Assembly: GCA_963827235.1 (NCBI GenBank) | Contig: CAWHAE010000009.1 | Span: forward strand, 64,001 to 128,000 | From: an uncultured bacterium | GTDB lineage: Bacteria; Chloroflexota; UBA5177; JANWHV01 | DNA: 64,000 nucleotides | Direction: 5' to 3' | Part shown: positions 30,018 through 39,374 of the stretch, piece after piece | Numbering within the stretch: the stretch's first letter is position 1 | Layout of the letters: each line of letters opens with the position of its first letter | Program-made: the position numbers and the translations under genes | The notes under the pieces: generated by a model | What the model saw: the letters and a program-made list of their open reading frames with translations, nothing else | What the model was told of the DNA's origin: nothing | Database searches by the model: none

Positions 30018-32039
30018 ATGCGCGGTGTCCCCGGCAGATCCGGCGTGCGGATCGCCGCGGGCGGTGCCGCGGTCGTGCTTGCCCTGGCCGGCCAGCATCA
30101 GTCACCGCGCGACCATGTGCCGCCCTGGGTGGTCGCCGTCACCGTCCTGGCTATCGCCCTCGCCGCGGCTGCCCTTCCCGATCCGATACCGCACGCCGAT
30201 CGGCCATCCGGCGCCGCGTCGCCCCGGCCCGCGTCGCGGCCGGCCCTAGCGCTGAGCCCGCTTCTTCCCACGCTGGCACTGGGACTGCCGGCCGCCCTCA
30301 TATGGAACGCCCAGACGTTCACGCCGGCGCACGTGTTGGCCGGCGACGCCTCGTCGTTCGCCGCCGCGCTCTGGATTGCCGGCCTGATCCTCGCGCTGGC
30401 AACCGCCTGGCGGGTTGGCCGCCCCGCCGGATCGACGCTCGCGGCCGCTCGGGCCACAAAAGGCGACGCGGACACGCCGTCATGGCGTCTCTTGCCTCCC
30501 ATCCTGCTGGCCGCGACGCTTCTGGCGGCACTCATGCTGCGCCTCTGGCATCTCGCTTCGCTGCCGTTCGGCCTCTGGATCGATGAGGCCGACAGTCTCT
30601 CCAATGCCCAGGCGCTCTCCCATCTGCCGTTCCAGCCCTATGCGCCCGGCAACTATGGACACACGCCCAGTCTCTATGCTTATGCCCAGGCCGTCGCCAT
30701 ACACTTTCTCGGCACCGGCATCTTCTCCATCCGCCTGGCCTCGGCCCTCTTCGGCGTTCTCGGCGTGCTGGCCGCCTTCGCCCTGGCGAGGGCGGTTGGC
30801 GGACCTGCCTGCGGACTGATCGCCGCCGTGCTGCTGGCCGTCTCCGCCTGGTCGATCACCATCTCTCGCCTGGGTATGTCGAACATCGCCGCGCCCGCCC
30901 TGCTGGGTCTCGGCGTCTGGGCGCTCTACACGGCCATCCTCAGCCCGGCAGGTTTCTGGTTCATGCTGAGCGGCGTATTCCTTGGCCTGGCTATGATGAC
31001 CTACGTCGGCTCGCTCGCCACCATCGTCGCCGTGGCCGGCTTCCTCGCTTTGAAGCTCTATCTCGATCTCCGCTACCGCAGGGCGGGAGGCTGGCCCGCG
31101 GCCCTGCTCTTGCCGGCCGGCTTCCTGCTCGCCGCCCTGCCCCTTCTGGTAGCCGCGCATCTCGATCCGGCCTACTATTCTGCCCGCGCGAACAGCGTCG
31201 CCCTCAGCCACGAATACGCCGGCTGGGCGCGCTTCCTTCCTGCCCTTGCCCGGAATGCCGGCCGCCATCTGCTCATGTTCACCACGTCCGGCGATCAGAA
31301 CGGGCGCCAGAACCTGCCCGGTGCACCCATGCTCGATCCCATCACCGGCGCCTGCTTCCTCCTCGGCGCCGGGATAGCGGCGCGGCACCTGTCTCGCCCG
31401 GTCTATCAGCTCCTTCTGCTGTGGATCGTGGCCGCCCTTTCCGGCGGCATCCTGGCGCTGGACGGCGAAGCACCGCAGAGTCTGCGCTCTCTCGCCTCCA
31501 TGATTCCTGCCGTCGTGCTCGCCGCCCTGCCGCTCCTCCTGCTCTGGCAGGCACGGGACGCACCGCGGCCGCTCAGGGTGTGCCCGGCACTACCGGCGCT
31601 CCTGCTCGTCGTGCTGCTGGGCTTGGCCGGTTGGGTGAACGTCGACCGCTATTTCTCCACTCAGGCCACGAGCCTGGCTGCCTGGGAAGCCGGCGGCGGC
31701 GCGCGCATGCTGGCCGGTCGCGAGACCATCACGCTGCGCCGGCAGGGGTACACGGTGCTCGTGGACCCCGCGCTGGCTACGGGCATCTCGGGACTGGAGT
31801 ACCCTACATTGCGCTACGACGCCGGCGGCGATGTGCCCCTGCTGGACCCGGCACAGCCTATTCCCAGACATAGAGCGCGGCTGAGCCTGGCCCTGATCGT
31901 GGCGCCTGAGCGTACCAGCCTGCGCCTGACCCTGCAGCGCCGCTATCCGCACGCTACCGCTGTAGCCCTGACACCCGACTTCGACCACCGAGCGGTGGAG
32001 GCGTGGGTGATCCTGCTCCCCGACCTGCCTCCCGCTTGA
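30018..32039 (+). CDS. GT-C fold glycosyltransferase (family 39/ArnT-like)
   Basis: LRLWHL..PFGLWIDEA loop, RLASALFG, many transmembrane segments. Confidence 0.8.
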   Translation: MRGVPGRSGVRIAAGGAAVVLALAGQHQSPRDHVPPWVVAVTVLAIALAAAALPDPIPHADRPSGAASPRPASRPALALSPLLPTLALGLPAALIWNAQTFTPAHVLAGDASSFAAALWIAGLILALATAWRVGRPAGSTLAAARATKGDADTPSWRLLPPILLAATLLAALMLRLWHLASLPFGLWIDEADSLSNAQALSHLPFQPYAPGNYGHTPSLYAYAQAVAIHFLGTGIFSIRLASALFGVLGVLAAFALARAVGGPACGLIAAVLLAVSAWSITISRLGMSNIAAPALLGLGVWALYTAILSPAGFWFMLSGVFLGLAMMTYVGSLATIVAVAGFLALKLYLDLRYRRAGGWPAALLLPAGFLLAALPLLVAAHLDPAYYSARANSVALSHEYAGWARFLPALARNAGRHLLMFTTSGDQNGRQNLPGAPMLDPITGACFLLGAGIAARHLSRPVYQLLLLWIVAALSGGILALDGEAPQSLRSLASMIPAVVLAALPLLLLWQARDAPRPLRVCPALPALLLVVLLGLAGWVNVDRYFSTQATSLAAWEAGGGARMLAGRETITLRRQGYTVLVDPALATGISGLEYPTLRYDAGGDVPLLDPAQPIPRHRARLSLALIVAPERTSLRLTLQRRYPHATAVALTPDFDHRAVEAWVILLPDLPPA

Positions 32040-32073
32040 CCGCCACGCCGGCAGAGCGACCGGCCCACCCCGC

Positions 32074-32116
32074 TTGACAAACTAACTACATTAGTATAAA
32101 AACTAAGATAGTTAGT
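32074..32116 (+). promoter_or_regulatory. Promoter with tandem ACTAA-N5-TTAGT operators
   Basis: TTGACA 32074-32079; palindromes at 32081-32095 and 32102-32116; upstream of the MBL-TetR operon. Confidence 0.75.
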
Positions 32117-32166
32117 ATTCAGCCGGGCGCGGTGCTCGGCACCGAGGACAACTGAGGGGACAAGCA

Positions 32167-32895
32167 ATGCGGATCACCACTCACGGAACCTACCTCACAC
32201 AGCTCACGCGCCTGCCGCGCGTCTTTCCGGTAAACTGCTATCTCGTGCGGGAAGACGACGGATTCACCCTGATCGACGCGGCATTGCCGGGCAGCGCCCC
32301 GGCCATCCGCGCCGCCGCGCGCAAGCACGGACTGCCCATCCGGCGCATCGTGCTCACCCACGCACACATGGATCACGTCGGCTCGCTCGATGCCCTGCAC
32401 GAAGGACTGCCGGAAGCAGAGGTCCTGATCTCGGAGCGCGACTCCCGCATGCTTGCCGGCGACCTGCGGCTCGATCCGGGTGAGTCGCCCGCCAAGCTGC
32501 GCGGTAGCTGGAAGACCTGCACCACGCGCCCAACCGCCTTCCTGAAGCACGGCGACCGCATTGGGTCGCTGCAGGTGCTTGCCGCGCCCGGCCACACGCC
32601 CGGGCACATGGCTTTCTTCGATCCACGCGACGGCACGCTGATCGCCGGTGACGCCTTCCAGACTCGCGCCGGCGTTGCGGTCTCCGGTACCATGCGGCCC
32701 CTGTTCCCGTTCCCGGCCATGGCAACCTGGTCCAAGCCGATCGCGCTCGACAGCGCCATCGCCCTTCGCGCTCTGCAGCCCAAGCGGCTTGCTATCGGCC
32801 ACGGCGAGGTCCTGGAGACGCCCCTGCCTGCCATCGACCGCGCCATCGCCGTTGCCGAGCGCGCCCTGGGAAGGATGGTGCAGCACGGCCGCTAG
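32167..32895 (+). CDS. MBL-fold metallo-hydrolase
   Basis: LTHAHMDHVG, GHTPGH, IAGDA, GHG. Confidence 0.9.
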   Translation: MRITTHGTYLTQLTRLPRVFPVNCYLVREDDGFTLIDAALPGSAPAIRAAARKHGLPIRRIVLTHAHMDHVGSLDALHEGLPEAEVLISERDSRMLAGDLRLDPGESPAKLRGSWKTCTTRPTAFLKHGDRIGSLQVLAAPGHTPGHMAFFDPRDGTLIAGDAFQTRAGVAVSGTMRPLFPFPAMATWSKPIALDSAIALRALQPKRLAIGHGEVLETPLPAIDRAIAVAERALGRMVQHGR

Positions 32896-33505
32896 AGCAG
32901 GCATCGACCATGCCGCAGTGGTGCGCACGGCCTACGCGCTGGTGGATAGCAACGGGCCGCACGCCCTCACCCTGGCCACGCTCGCCGCGGTGCTGGGCGT
33001 GCGCACGCCCTCGCTCTACAACCACATCGACGGCCTGCCCGGTCTGCAGCGCGATCTCGCGCTCATGGGCGCTCGCGACATGGCACGCGCGCTCACTGGC
33101 GCCACGGTCGGGCGCTCGCGGGACGAGGCGGTGAGGGCGCTCGCCGCGGCCTATCGCGACTTCGTGCACGATCATGCCGGGGTCTACGAGATGCTGCTGC
33201 GAGCCGCGCCGGCCGATCGTGCGCCCGATCCCGAGCTGGACGACGCGGAACGCGATCTGGTGAGTATTCCTCTCGCCATCCTCAGCGGCTACGGCTTGCA
33301 CGACGCCGGCGCGCTGCACGCCGTGCGCTGCCTGCGCAGCGTCGTGCACGGCTTCGCTACGCTGGAAGCACGGGGCGGCTTCGGCCTGCCGCTGGACGTG
33401 GAAGAAAGCTTTCGCCGCCTGGTCGACCTCTACATAGCCGCCCTGCAGCCCGACCGGGAGCTGCAGCGGACCGAGGCGGCATGCGAACAGGGAGTGGGCC
33501 GCTGA
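32885..33505 (+). CDS. TetR family regulator with WHG-type C-terminal domain; probable non-canonical ACG start
   Basis: LAAVLGVRTPSLYNH HTH, RSVVHGFATLE; no in-frame ATG before helix 1. Confidence 0.82.
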   Translation, partial: TAARAGIDHAAVVRTAYALVDSNGPHALTLATLAAVLGVRTPSLYNHIDGLPGLQRDLALMGARDMARALTGATVGRSRDEAVRALAAAYRDFVHDHAGVYEMLLRAAPADRAPDPELDDAERDLVSIPLAILSGYGLHDAGALHAVRCLRSVVHGFATLEARGGFGLPLDVEESFRRLVDLYIAALQPDRELQRTEAACEQGVGR

Positions 33506-33536
33506 GCATGGCGGCTCTCGTGAAAGGTATCGCTCA

Positions 33537-34601
33537 TTGTCGCTAGATACCTACATCCAGGAGATGCCCAAGGTCGAGCTGCACGTGCACCTCGAAGGCT
33601 CTATCCAGCCGGCAACGCTGCTGGCTCTGGCCCAAAAGCACGGCATTGCCCTGCCGGCCGATACCGTCGAGGGCCTCCGGCGCTGGTATACCTTCACCGG
33701 CTTCCCGCATTTCGTCGAGATCTACGTCGCCATTTCCCGTTGCATCACGTCTCCCGACGACGTCGAGACGATTGCACGCGAGTTCCTCGCCGGCCAGGCC
33801 GCTCAGAACGTGCTCTACAGCGAGGCCACGTTCACCGCCTACACGCACTATCAGCTCAACCGCATTCACGTCCGCGATTCGCTGGCCGCCCTGGATCGCG
33901 CCGCGCGTTGGGCCGCCGCGACGCTCGGAATCCGCGTGGGCTGGGTGATCGACATCGCGCGCGAAATGGACGGCGACCGGAGCGTCGAGGTCGCGGACTG
34001 GGCGATCGCCGGGCGGGAACAGGGCGTGGTCGCCCTCGGTCTGGGCGGCTATGAGGTCGGCAACCCGCCCGAAAAGCACGCCAGGGCATTCGCGCGCGCT
34101 CGGGAGGCCGGACTGCCGCGAGTGCCGCACGCCGGCGAAACGGCAGGGCCGGCAAGCATCTGGGGTGCCCTCCGCGCCCTGGATGCCCAGCGCATCGGAC
34201 ACGGCGTCCGCTGCCTCGAAGATCCCGATCTCGTAGCCGAGCTGCGGCGGCGGCAGATCCCGCTCGAAGTGTGCCCGACCAGCAACCTCTGTCTGGGCGT
34301 GGCGCCCGGCATGAAGGAACATCCGCTGCCGCGCCTGCTGGCCGAGGGCCTCTACGTGACGCTGGGCTCCGACGACCCGCCCATGTTCAATACGACGCTG
34401 ACCGGCGAATACCTGGCCGTGGCGCGGGCCTTTGGCTGGGGCGCGGCCGAGCTGGAATCGCTGGTGCGGGCCGGCGCCGGCGCGGCGCTGCTGCCCGACG
34501 GCGAGCGCACGGCACTGCAAAGCCGGGTCGAGCGGGAATTCGATCGAGCTTCGTCCGGCACACCTCGTGTGAGCAGGGCGGCGCTCAACTCACGCGCATG
34601 A
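33537..34601 (+). CDS. add: Adenosine/adenine deaminase
   Basis: PKVELHVHLEGS, HAGE, RIGHG, EVCPTSN, SDDP. Confidence 0.92.
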   Translation: MSLDTYIQEMPKVELHVHLEGSIQPATLLALAQKHGIALPADTVEGLRRWYTFTGFPHFVEIYVAISRCITSPDDVETIAREFLAGQAAQNVLYSEATFTAYTHYQLNRIHVRDSLAALDRAARWAAATLGIRVGWVIDIAREMDGDRSVEVADWAIAGREQGVVALGLGGYEVGNPPEKHARAFARAREAGLPRVPHAGETAGPASIWGALRALDAQRIGHGVRCLEDPDLVAELRRRQIPLEVCPTSNLCLGVAPGMKEHPLPRLLAEGLYVTLGSDDPPMFNTTLTGEYLAVARAFGWGAAELESLVRAGAGAALLPDGERTALQSRVEREFDRASSGTPRVSRAALNSRA

Positions 34602-34648
34602 GCCTGGTTGAGCGGGCGGCAAATCTGCTATAGTTGCTGTAAGCGCGA

Positions 34649-34716
34649 CACTCGTATAAGCTCGAGGATTGGCTCGGCGTTTCTACCGGCGGCCGCAAAC
34701 CGCCTGGCTACGAGGG
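34649..34716 (+). ncRNA. Purine riboswitch aptamer, guanine type
   Basis: P1 CTCGTA/TACGAG; UA junction; L2 with TGG; TTTCTACC J2/3; P3 GGCGG-CCGCAAA-CCGCC; C at the position-74 equivalent; TGn-TATAGT -10 at 34626-34634. Confidence 0.88.
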
Positions 34717-34862
34717 AAGTGCATCTAGGGTTCCGTGCTTCGCGGTTGTGCTCGCTACGCTGTGGCAGTAGCCGCGGGGTGGTCTGGACCGAGCGATGCT
34801 GGCGAGGAGAGGGTTTCTCTTCGCTACACCACGGGGATAAAAGCCCGGATGGCAGGTTCCAC
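34714..34862 (+). ncRNA. ykkC-motif riboswitch aptamer, PRPP-sensing subtype 2b-like
   Basis: GGAAGTG..CTAGGGTTCCG..CTGGACCGAGCG..ACACC..GGGATAAAAGCCCGG..GGCAGGTTCC; P0 pairing present; G (not A) before GTTCC. Confidence 0.82.
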
Positions 34863-34902
34863 TCAAATACTGTGGGACCGCCATCCGGGCTTTGCGTTTT
34901 GT
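34840..34902 (+). terminator. Riboswitch expression-platform terminator overlapping the 3' end of the ykkC aptamer
   Basis: AAAGCCCGGATGGC(A)GGTTCCAC pairs with GTGGGACCGCCATCCGGGCTTT, followed by GCGTTTTGT. Confidence 0.75.
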
Positions 34903-34964
34903 CCGCGACAATACGGCCGAGCGCACGGTAGCTCGCGCGGTAGCAGAAAGGATAAACGGTTCCT

Positions 34965-35966
34965 GTGAACATTTGCCGCTATTTGTCTCGATCTGCCGTT
35001 GTTGCTGTCCTCGTGGGGGCAGCCATGATCACTCCAATCTCCCGGCCAGATGCTCGCGCCGCCTCGACGACCAACGTGTCCATCGCCCTGAACTGGATCA
35101 AGAACGTAGAGTTTGGCGGAATCTGGGCGGCACAGGAAAAGGGCTGGTGGTCGCAGGCCGGCCTGCAGGTCTCCGTGCGCAGTTACGACGACGGCTATCA
35201 GGATCCAGTGCTGCTGGTCGGCGCCGGCAAATACCAGTTCGGCTTCCAGGATGGAGCATCGATCATCCTCGGACGGGCCGCCAAGGTTCCGGTCAAGGCC
35301 ATCTGGGCATCGGGTGAAACGTCCCCCTTCGCGTTCATCACCATGCCGAAGAGCGGCATCAAGTCACCCAAGGACTTCAAGGGCAAGCGCATCGGCTACC
35401 AGAGTCATGAGAAGTACGTGCTCGACGCCATGCTCAGCGCGGTCGGCCTCAAGGAGAGCGACGTGTCACCGGTCGTCGTGCAGTATGATCCCACGGTGCT
35501 CCTGGCAGGCAAGGTCGACGCCTACCTGGCGTTCCTGACCAACGAGCCGATCGAGCTCGCGCAGAAGTATCACGTCAACGTGAACATCATTCCGGCCAGC
35601 GCCTACGGGTACGATTTCTACAGCGACGTGCTCTTCACCACGGACAGCACGATCAAGTCCAATCCGGCGCTGGTGCAGAAGGTCGTCTCCATCATGGACA
35701 GGGGCTGGAAATACGCCCTGGCACATCCGGATGAGATTGCCAAGGTCGTGGTGCCCAAGCTCGACCCAACCGACTCGGTCTCGCAGCAGATGGCAGAGAT
35801 GAAGGCGCTGGCCAAGCTCGCCTCCCGGCCGGACGCGCCGACGGGCTCCATGACCGCCGCCCGCTGGCAAGCAGGCATCGATCTGCTGCTCAAGTACAAG
35901 CAGATCACGGCGCCCGTGGCCGCCTCCGACGTCTACACCACGCAGTTCCTCGGCTCGACGCACTGA
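34965..35966 (+). CDS. ABC substrate-binding protein, SsuA/THI5/NMT1 family
   Basis: Signal peptide; LNWIKNVEFGGIWAAQEKGWW..GL, IKSPKDFKGKRIG, NEP. Confidence 0.88.
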   Translation: MNICRYLSRSAVVAVLVGAAMITPISRPDARAASTTNVSIALNWIKNVEFGGIWAAQEKGWWSQAGLQVSVRSYDDGYQDPVLLVGAGKYQFGFQDGASIILGRAAKVPVKAIWASGETSPFAFITMPKSGIKSPKDFKGKRIGYQSHEKYVLDAMLSAVGLKESDVSPVVVQYDPTVLLAGKVDAYLAFLTNEPIELAQKYHVNVNIIPASAYGYDFYSDVLFTTDSTIKSNPALVQKVVSIMDRGWKYALAHPDEIAKVVVPKLDPTDSVSQQMAEMKALAKLASRPDAPTGSMTAARWQAGIDLLLKYKQITAPVAASDVYTTQFLGSTH

Positions 35967-35967
35967 G

Positions 35968-36822
35968 ATGGGTGCTATATCCTGCCAGGGCGTGCAGTTC
36001 AGTTACCCTAACGGCGTACGTGCCCTGCGGGATATCAATCTCACGGTCGCCGCCGGACAATTCGTATCCTTGATCGGCCCCTCCGGCTGCGGCAAGTCCA
36101 CCTTGCTCCGCATCGTCGCCGATCTGCTGGAGCCGGAGGCCGGCCGGATCACGATCGCCGGCATCTCGCCGCGTGCCGCTCGCACCTCGCGCAAGATCGG
36201 CATGGTCTTCCAGGAGCCGGCCCTGCTCAAGTGGCGCCGCGCCTCCCGAAACGTCGAGCTCCCCCTCGAGCTGGGGGGGAAGCTCGACCGGGCCGGCCGC
36301 ACGCGCGCCATCGAGGTGCTCGAGCGGGTCGGCCTGGCGGATTGCGCCGGCAGGCTGCCCGCGCAGCTCTCCGGCGGGCAGCGCCAGCGCGTCGCCCTCG
36401 CCCGCGCGCTCTTGCAGGAGCCCGAAGTGCTGCTCATGGACGAGCCGTTCGGCGCTCTCGACCAGATCACGCGCGACGAGATGAATGCCGCCCTCCTGCA
36501 GGTCTGGGAGATGACGGGCATCACCGTGCTCTTCGTCACCCACAGCATCTCCGAGGCAGTCTACCTCAGCGACCTGGTAGCGGTATTCACGCCCAGGCCG
36601 GGCAATCTCTACCACACGATTCCGGTGCCGCTTCCACGTCCGCGCGACCCCTCTGTGCGGCGGACCGCGCAGTTCTTCAGGCTGGAAACGGAAGTGCTCT
36701 CTGCGCTGGATGGCAGACCGGTCGAATCCGACGACTGGACGCGCAGCAAGACGCTCAAGTCCGGTGAGCCGCTGGCGGCGCCCGGCTCGTTTGAACGGAG
36801 CCTGAACGATGCATCAAACTGA
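35968..36822 (+). CDS. ABC ATP-binding protein (TauB/SsuB type)
   Basis: GPSGCGKST, LSGGQRQR, LMDEPFGALD, VTHSISEAVYLSD. Confidence 0.92.
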   Translation: MGAISCQGVQFSYPNGVRALRDINLTVAAGQFVSLIGPSGCGKSTLLRIVADLLEPEAGRITIAGISPRAARTSRKIGMVFQEPALLKWRRASRNVELPLELGGKLDRAGRTRAIEVLERVGLADCAGRLPAQLSGGQRQRVALARALLQEPEVLLMDEPFGALDQITRDEMNAALLQVWEMTGITVLFVTHSISEAVYLSDLVAVFTPRPGNLYHTIPVPLPRPRDPSVRRTAQFFRLETEVLSALDGRPVESDDWTRSKTLKSGEPLAAPGSFERSLNDASN

Positions 36823-37654
36823 ACGAGCGATGGAAGTCATAGGCGCTAGGCCGCGAGCTTCGCGACAGGCCAGGCAGCACTCCGTACACTGGAAGCTCGT
36901 CGCCGACCGCGTTCTGGACGTGCTGCTGCCCGTGCTGGCCGTGGGCGCCGTGCTGGCATTCTGGCAGTTCTACGTGATCTGGCAGAAGGTGCCGCCCTTT
37001 CTCTTCCCACGACTCGACGACACCCTCAACAGCCTGTGGACGAACCGGGGCGATCTTGCCTCGAGCCTGTTGACCACCCTCGAGGAAGCCGGCATGGGCT
37101 TCCTGTTTGCCAACCTGCTGGCCATCGCAGGCGCCACCATCTTCGTGCACTCACGCCTGGCGGAGCGCTCCATGTTTCCGCTGGCGGTGCTCATCCAGAC
37201 CATCCCGATCATCGTCTGGTCGCCGATTCTGGTGATCATCATGCCCAACGACAGCATCTGGCCGCAGGTCGTCATTTCCTTCCTGATCACCTTCTTCCCT
37301 GCCCTCGTCAACATGACCCAGGGCCTGCGCATGGTCGAACCGCTGCACCTGGACCTCTTCCGTGTGCTCAACGCGTCCCAGTTGCAGGTCTTTCTCAAAC
37401 TGCGCTGGCCGGCCTCCATCCCCTCGCTCCTGGCCTCGCTGCGCATCACCAGCACGCTCAGCCTGGTCGGCGCCATCGTGGGCGATTATGTGGCCGGAGG
37501 CGGCAACAACCTGGGTAACCTGCTCAACCGCGCCCACCAGTCCTACGACACTGCTCTCATGATGGCCGTCGTCCTGGTGGCCACGATGACCGGCATCGTC
37601 ATCTTCCTGCTCATGTCCTCGGTGGAGCGAGTAGTGCTGAGCCGGCGCGGCTAG
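36809..37654 (+). CDS. ABC permease (TauC/SsuC type)
   Basis: FFPALVNMTQGL, FLKLRWPASIP, LVGAIVGDY. Confidence 0.9.
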   Translation: MHQTERAMEVIGARPRASRQARQHSVHWKLVADRVLDVLLPVLAVGAVLAFWQFYVIWQKVPPFLFPRLDDTLNSLWTNRGDLASSLLTTLEEAGMGFLFANLLAIAGATIFVHSRLAERSMFPLAVLIQTIPIIVWSPILVIIMPNDSIWPQVVISFLITFFPALVNMTQGLRMVEPLHLDLFRVLNASQLQVFLKLRWPASIPSLLASLRITSTLSLVGAIVGDYVAGGGNNLGNLLNRAHQSYDTALMMAVVLVATMTGIVIFLLMSSVERVVLSRRG

Positions 37655-37791
37655 CGCGCGGCTGCCCGGTCGCATCGCTCGCCTCCGCAGCCTTCGGTCC
37701 CGGGGCGCCGGCCGTGACTGGCACCACAGGTCGATTCACCGTATGCTGATCTCGTGAACGCCGGAGTACTGGTAAGCCTGGAGGACGAGAA

Positions 37792-38772
37792 ATGCGACCC
37801 TCAATAGAGTGGCTGGGACATGATTCATTCCGCCTCGGCGACGGGCACACCGTCGTCTACGTCGACCCCTGGAAGCTCAAGGGTAGCCAGCCAAAGGCAG
37901 ATCTCATCCTCATCACGCACGACCATTTCGACCACTTCTCCGCCGACGACATTGCCAACCTGACGAAGGACGGCACGGTCGTGGTCGCGCCGCCGCCCGT
38001 GGCGAAGCAGCTTACCGGCGACGTGCGTAGCGTGCGTCCCTATGAGACGCTGGTTGTCGCCGGCTTGTCTGTCGAGACGGTTCCCGCTTACAACATCGAC
38101 AAGTTCCGCGAGCCGGGTAAGCCGTTCCATCCCAAAGAGGCCGGCTTCGTGGGCTACATCATCACCCTCGGCGGCACGCGCGTCTACCATGCCGGCGACA
38201 GCGACCATACACCGGAAATGGACAAGGTCAGCTGCGACATCGCGCTGGTGCCGGTGAGCGGCACGTACGTGATGACGGCCCCCGAAGCAGCCGCGGCCGT
38301 CAACTCCTTCAGGCCGTCGCTGGCCATCCCCATGCACTACGCCGATATTGTCGGCTCGCTTGGCGACGCCGAGGAGTTCAAGAAGCTCGCCCAGGTTCCG
38401 GTCGAGATTCTGGAGCTCGGTGTAGCTCAGGGCGCGAACCAGGGGAGGCTGCGCGCCGCGGGCCCGATGCGGTCCGCGACCGTGTTCCGTTCCGCGTCCG
38501 CCGCTCCGCACGGTCACGAGGGAACGAGGATCTCGTTCCATCCCCGGATCTGCCAGGCGCGCACCACGCCGTTCACCACGAACGGGTCTCCCGTGGCGAA
38601 TTCCTCGGCAGCCTCCCGGCTGCTGAAGATGGCCATCGCGCCCTCCTCCTGTGGATTGGCAAACGTGCCGACCATCAGCAGCTCGCCCCGTGCCTGGAAC
38701 TCGTCGATGCGGGCGCGGTGGGCAGCAAACTGCGCGGGCGCCTTCGCGGCGACGTCCTCGGCGGACTCGTAG
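37792..38772 (+). CDS. MBL-fold hydrolase (UlaG/YtkL-like); recognisable domain ends near 38415
   Basis: WLGHDSF, ITHDHFDH, YHAGDS, IPMHY; remaining ~115 codons look like read-through. Confidence 0.8.
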   Translation: MRPSIEWLGHDSFRLGDGHTVVYVDPWKLKGSQPKADLILITHDHFDHFSADDIANLTKDGTVVVAPPPVAKQLTGDVRSVRPYETLVVAGLSVETVPAYNIDKFREPGKPFHPKEAGFVGYIITLGGTRVYHAGDSDHTPEMDKVSCDIALVPVSGTYVMTAPEAAAAVNSFRPSLAIPMHYADIVGSLGDAEEFKKLAQVPVEILELGVAQGANQGRLRAAGPMRSATVFRSASAAPHGHEGTRISFHPRICQARTTPFTTNGSPVANSSAASRLLKMAIAPSSCGLANVPTISSSPRAWNSSMRARWAANCAGAFAATSSADS

Positions 38773-38789
38773 AACAGCACGTACTTCAC
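38514..38789 (-). CDS. YciI family protein
   Basis: AHRAR, GAMAIF..AAEEFATGDPFVVNGVV..W.IR.W; GGGAGG RBS. Confidence 0.85.
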   Translation of the reverse strand: MKYVLFYESAEDVAAKAPAQFAAHRARIDEFQARGELLMVGTFANPQEEGAMAIFSSREAAEEFATGDPFVVNGVVRAWQIRGWNEILVPS

Positions 38790-38956
38790 GATCTACCTCC
38801 CAGAGCGCTTACGGCCTGCCCGCCGGGCGGCGAATCCGTTACCGAGCGGATTGCCGCCACCCATCCCTGCAATGCCGCCGGTCGCCACTCGCCGGCGCCG
38901 GGTATCGCCGTCATTTCATCCTCCCCCGGCTCACCGCGAGGCACACAGCGCCGGCC

Positions 38957-39374
38957 CTATGTGTGCTTGCCGCCGGCGCGATCGTAGTCCCGCTGGGCGG
39001 AGCCGATCTGCGACATGTGCTGCTCGACCCAGACCAGCATGTCCCGCGCGCGCTCTGCCGCGTCATGGCCAAGGTCGGTAAGGCAGTACTCCACGTGGGG
39101 CGGAATGGCCGACTGCACGGAGCGTTCCACCAGGCCATCGCGCTCGAGCGCGTGCAGGGCCTGCGCCAGCATCTTCTCGCTCACGCCGTCCACCCGGCGC
39201 CGCAGCTGGCCGAACCGCAACGTGCCGTCCAGCAGCCCGACCAGGGCCAGCATGCCCCACCGCCCGGTGACGTCGTCGAGTACCAGGCGTGATGGGCAGC
39301 CCCAATCGAAGACGTCGTAAGGTCGGTGCTCGCCGCCTTCAGGGGTTGCGATCGTGGTCCGCGTGCGCGTTCAT
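38957..39374 (-). CDS. HxlR family wHTH regulator with a +1 frameshift near the 5' end (artefact or pseudogene)
   Basis: YDVFDWGCPSRLVLD..GRWGML, GVSEKML..L..LERDGLV, PPHVEY; ATG 39374 joins this frame if one base of the G4 run at 39342-39345 is removed. Confidence 0.8.

Noticed and set aside
34714-34862. Guanidine-I or ppGpp assignment for the ykkC motif
   Set aside because: P0 pairing, G at the discriminating position, the tandem guanine aptamer and purine context all favour PRPP; no guanidine-related genes follow
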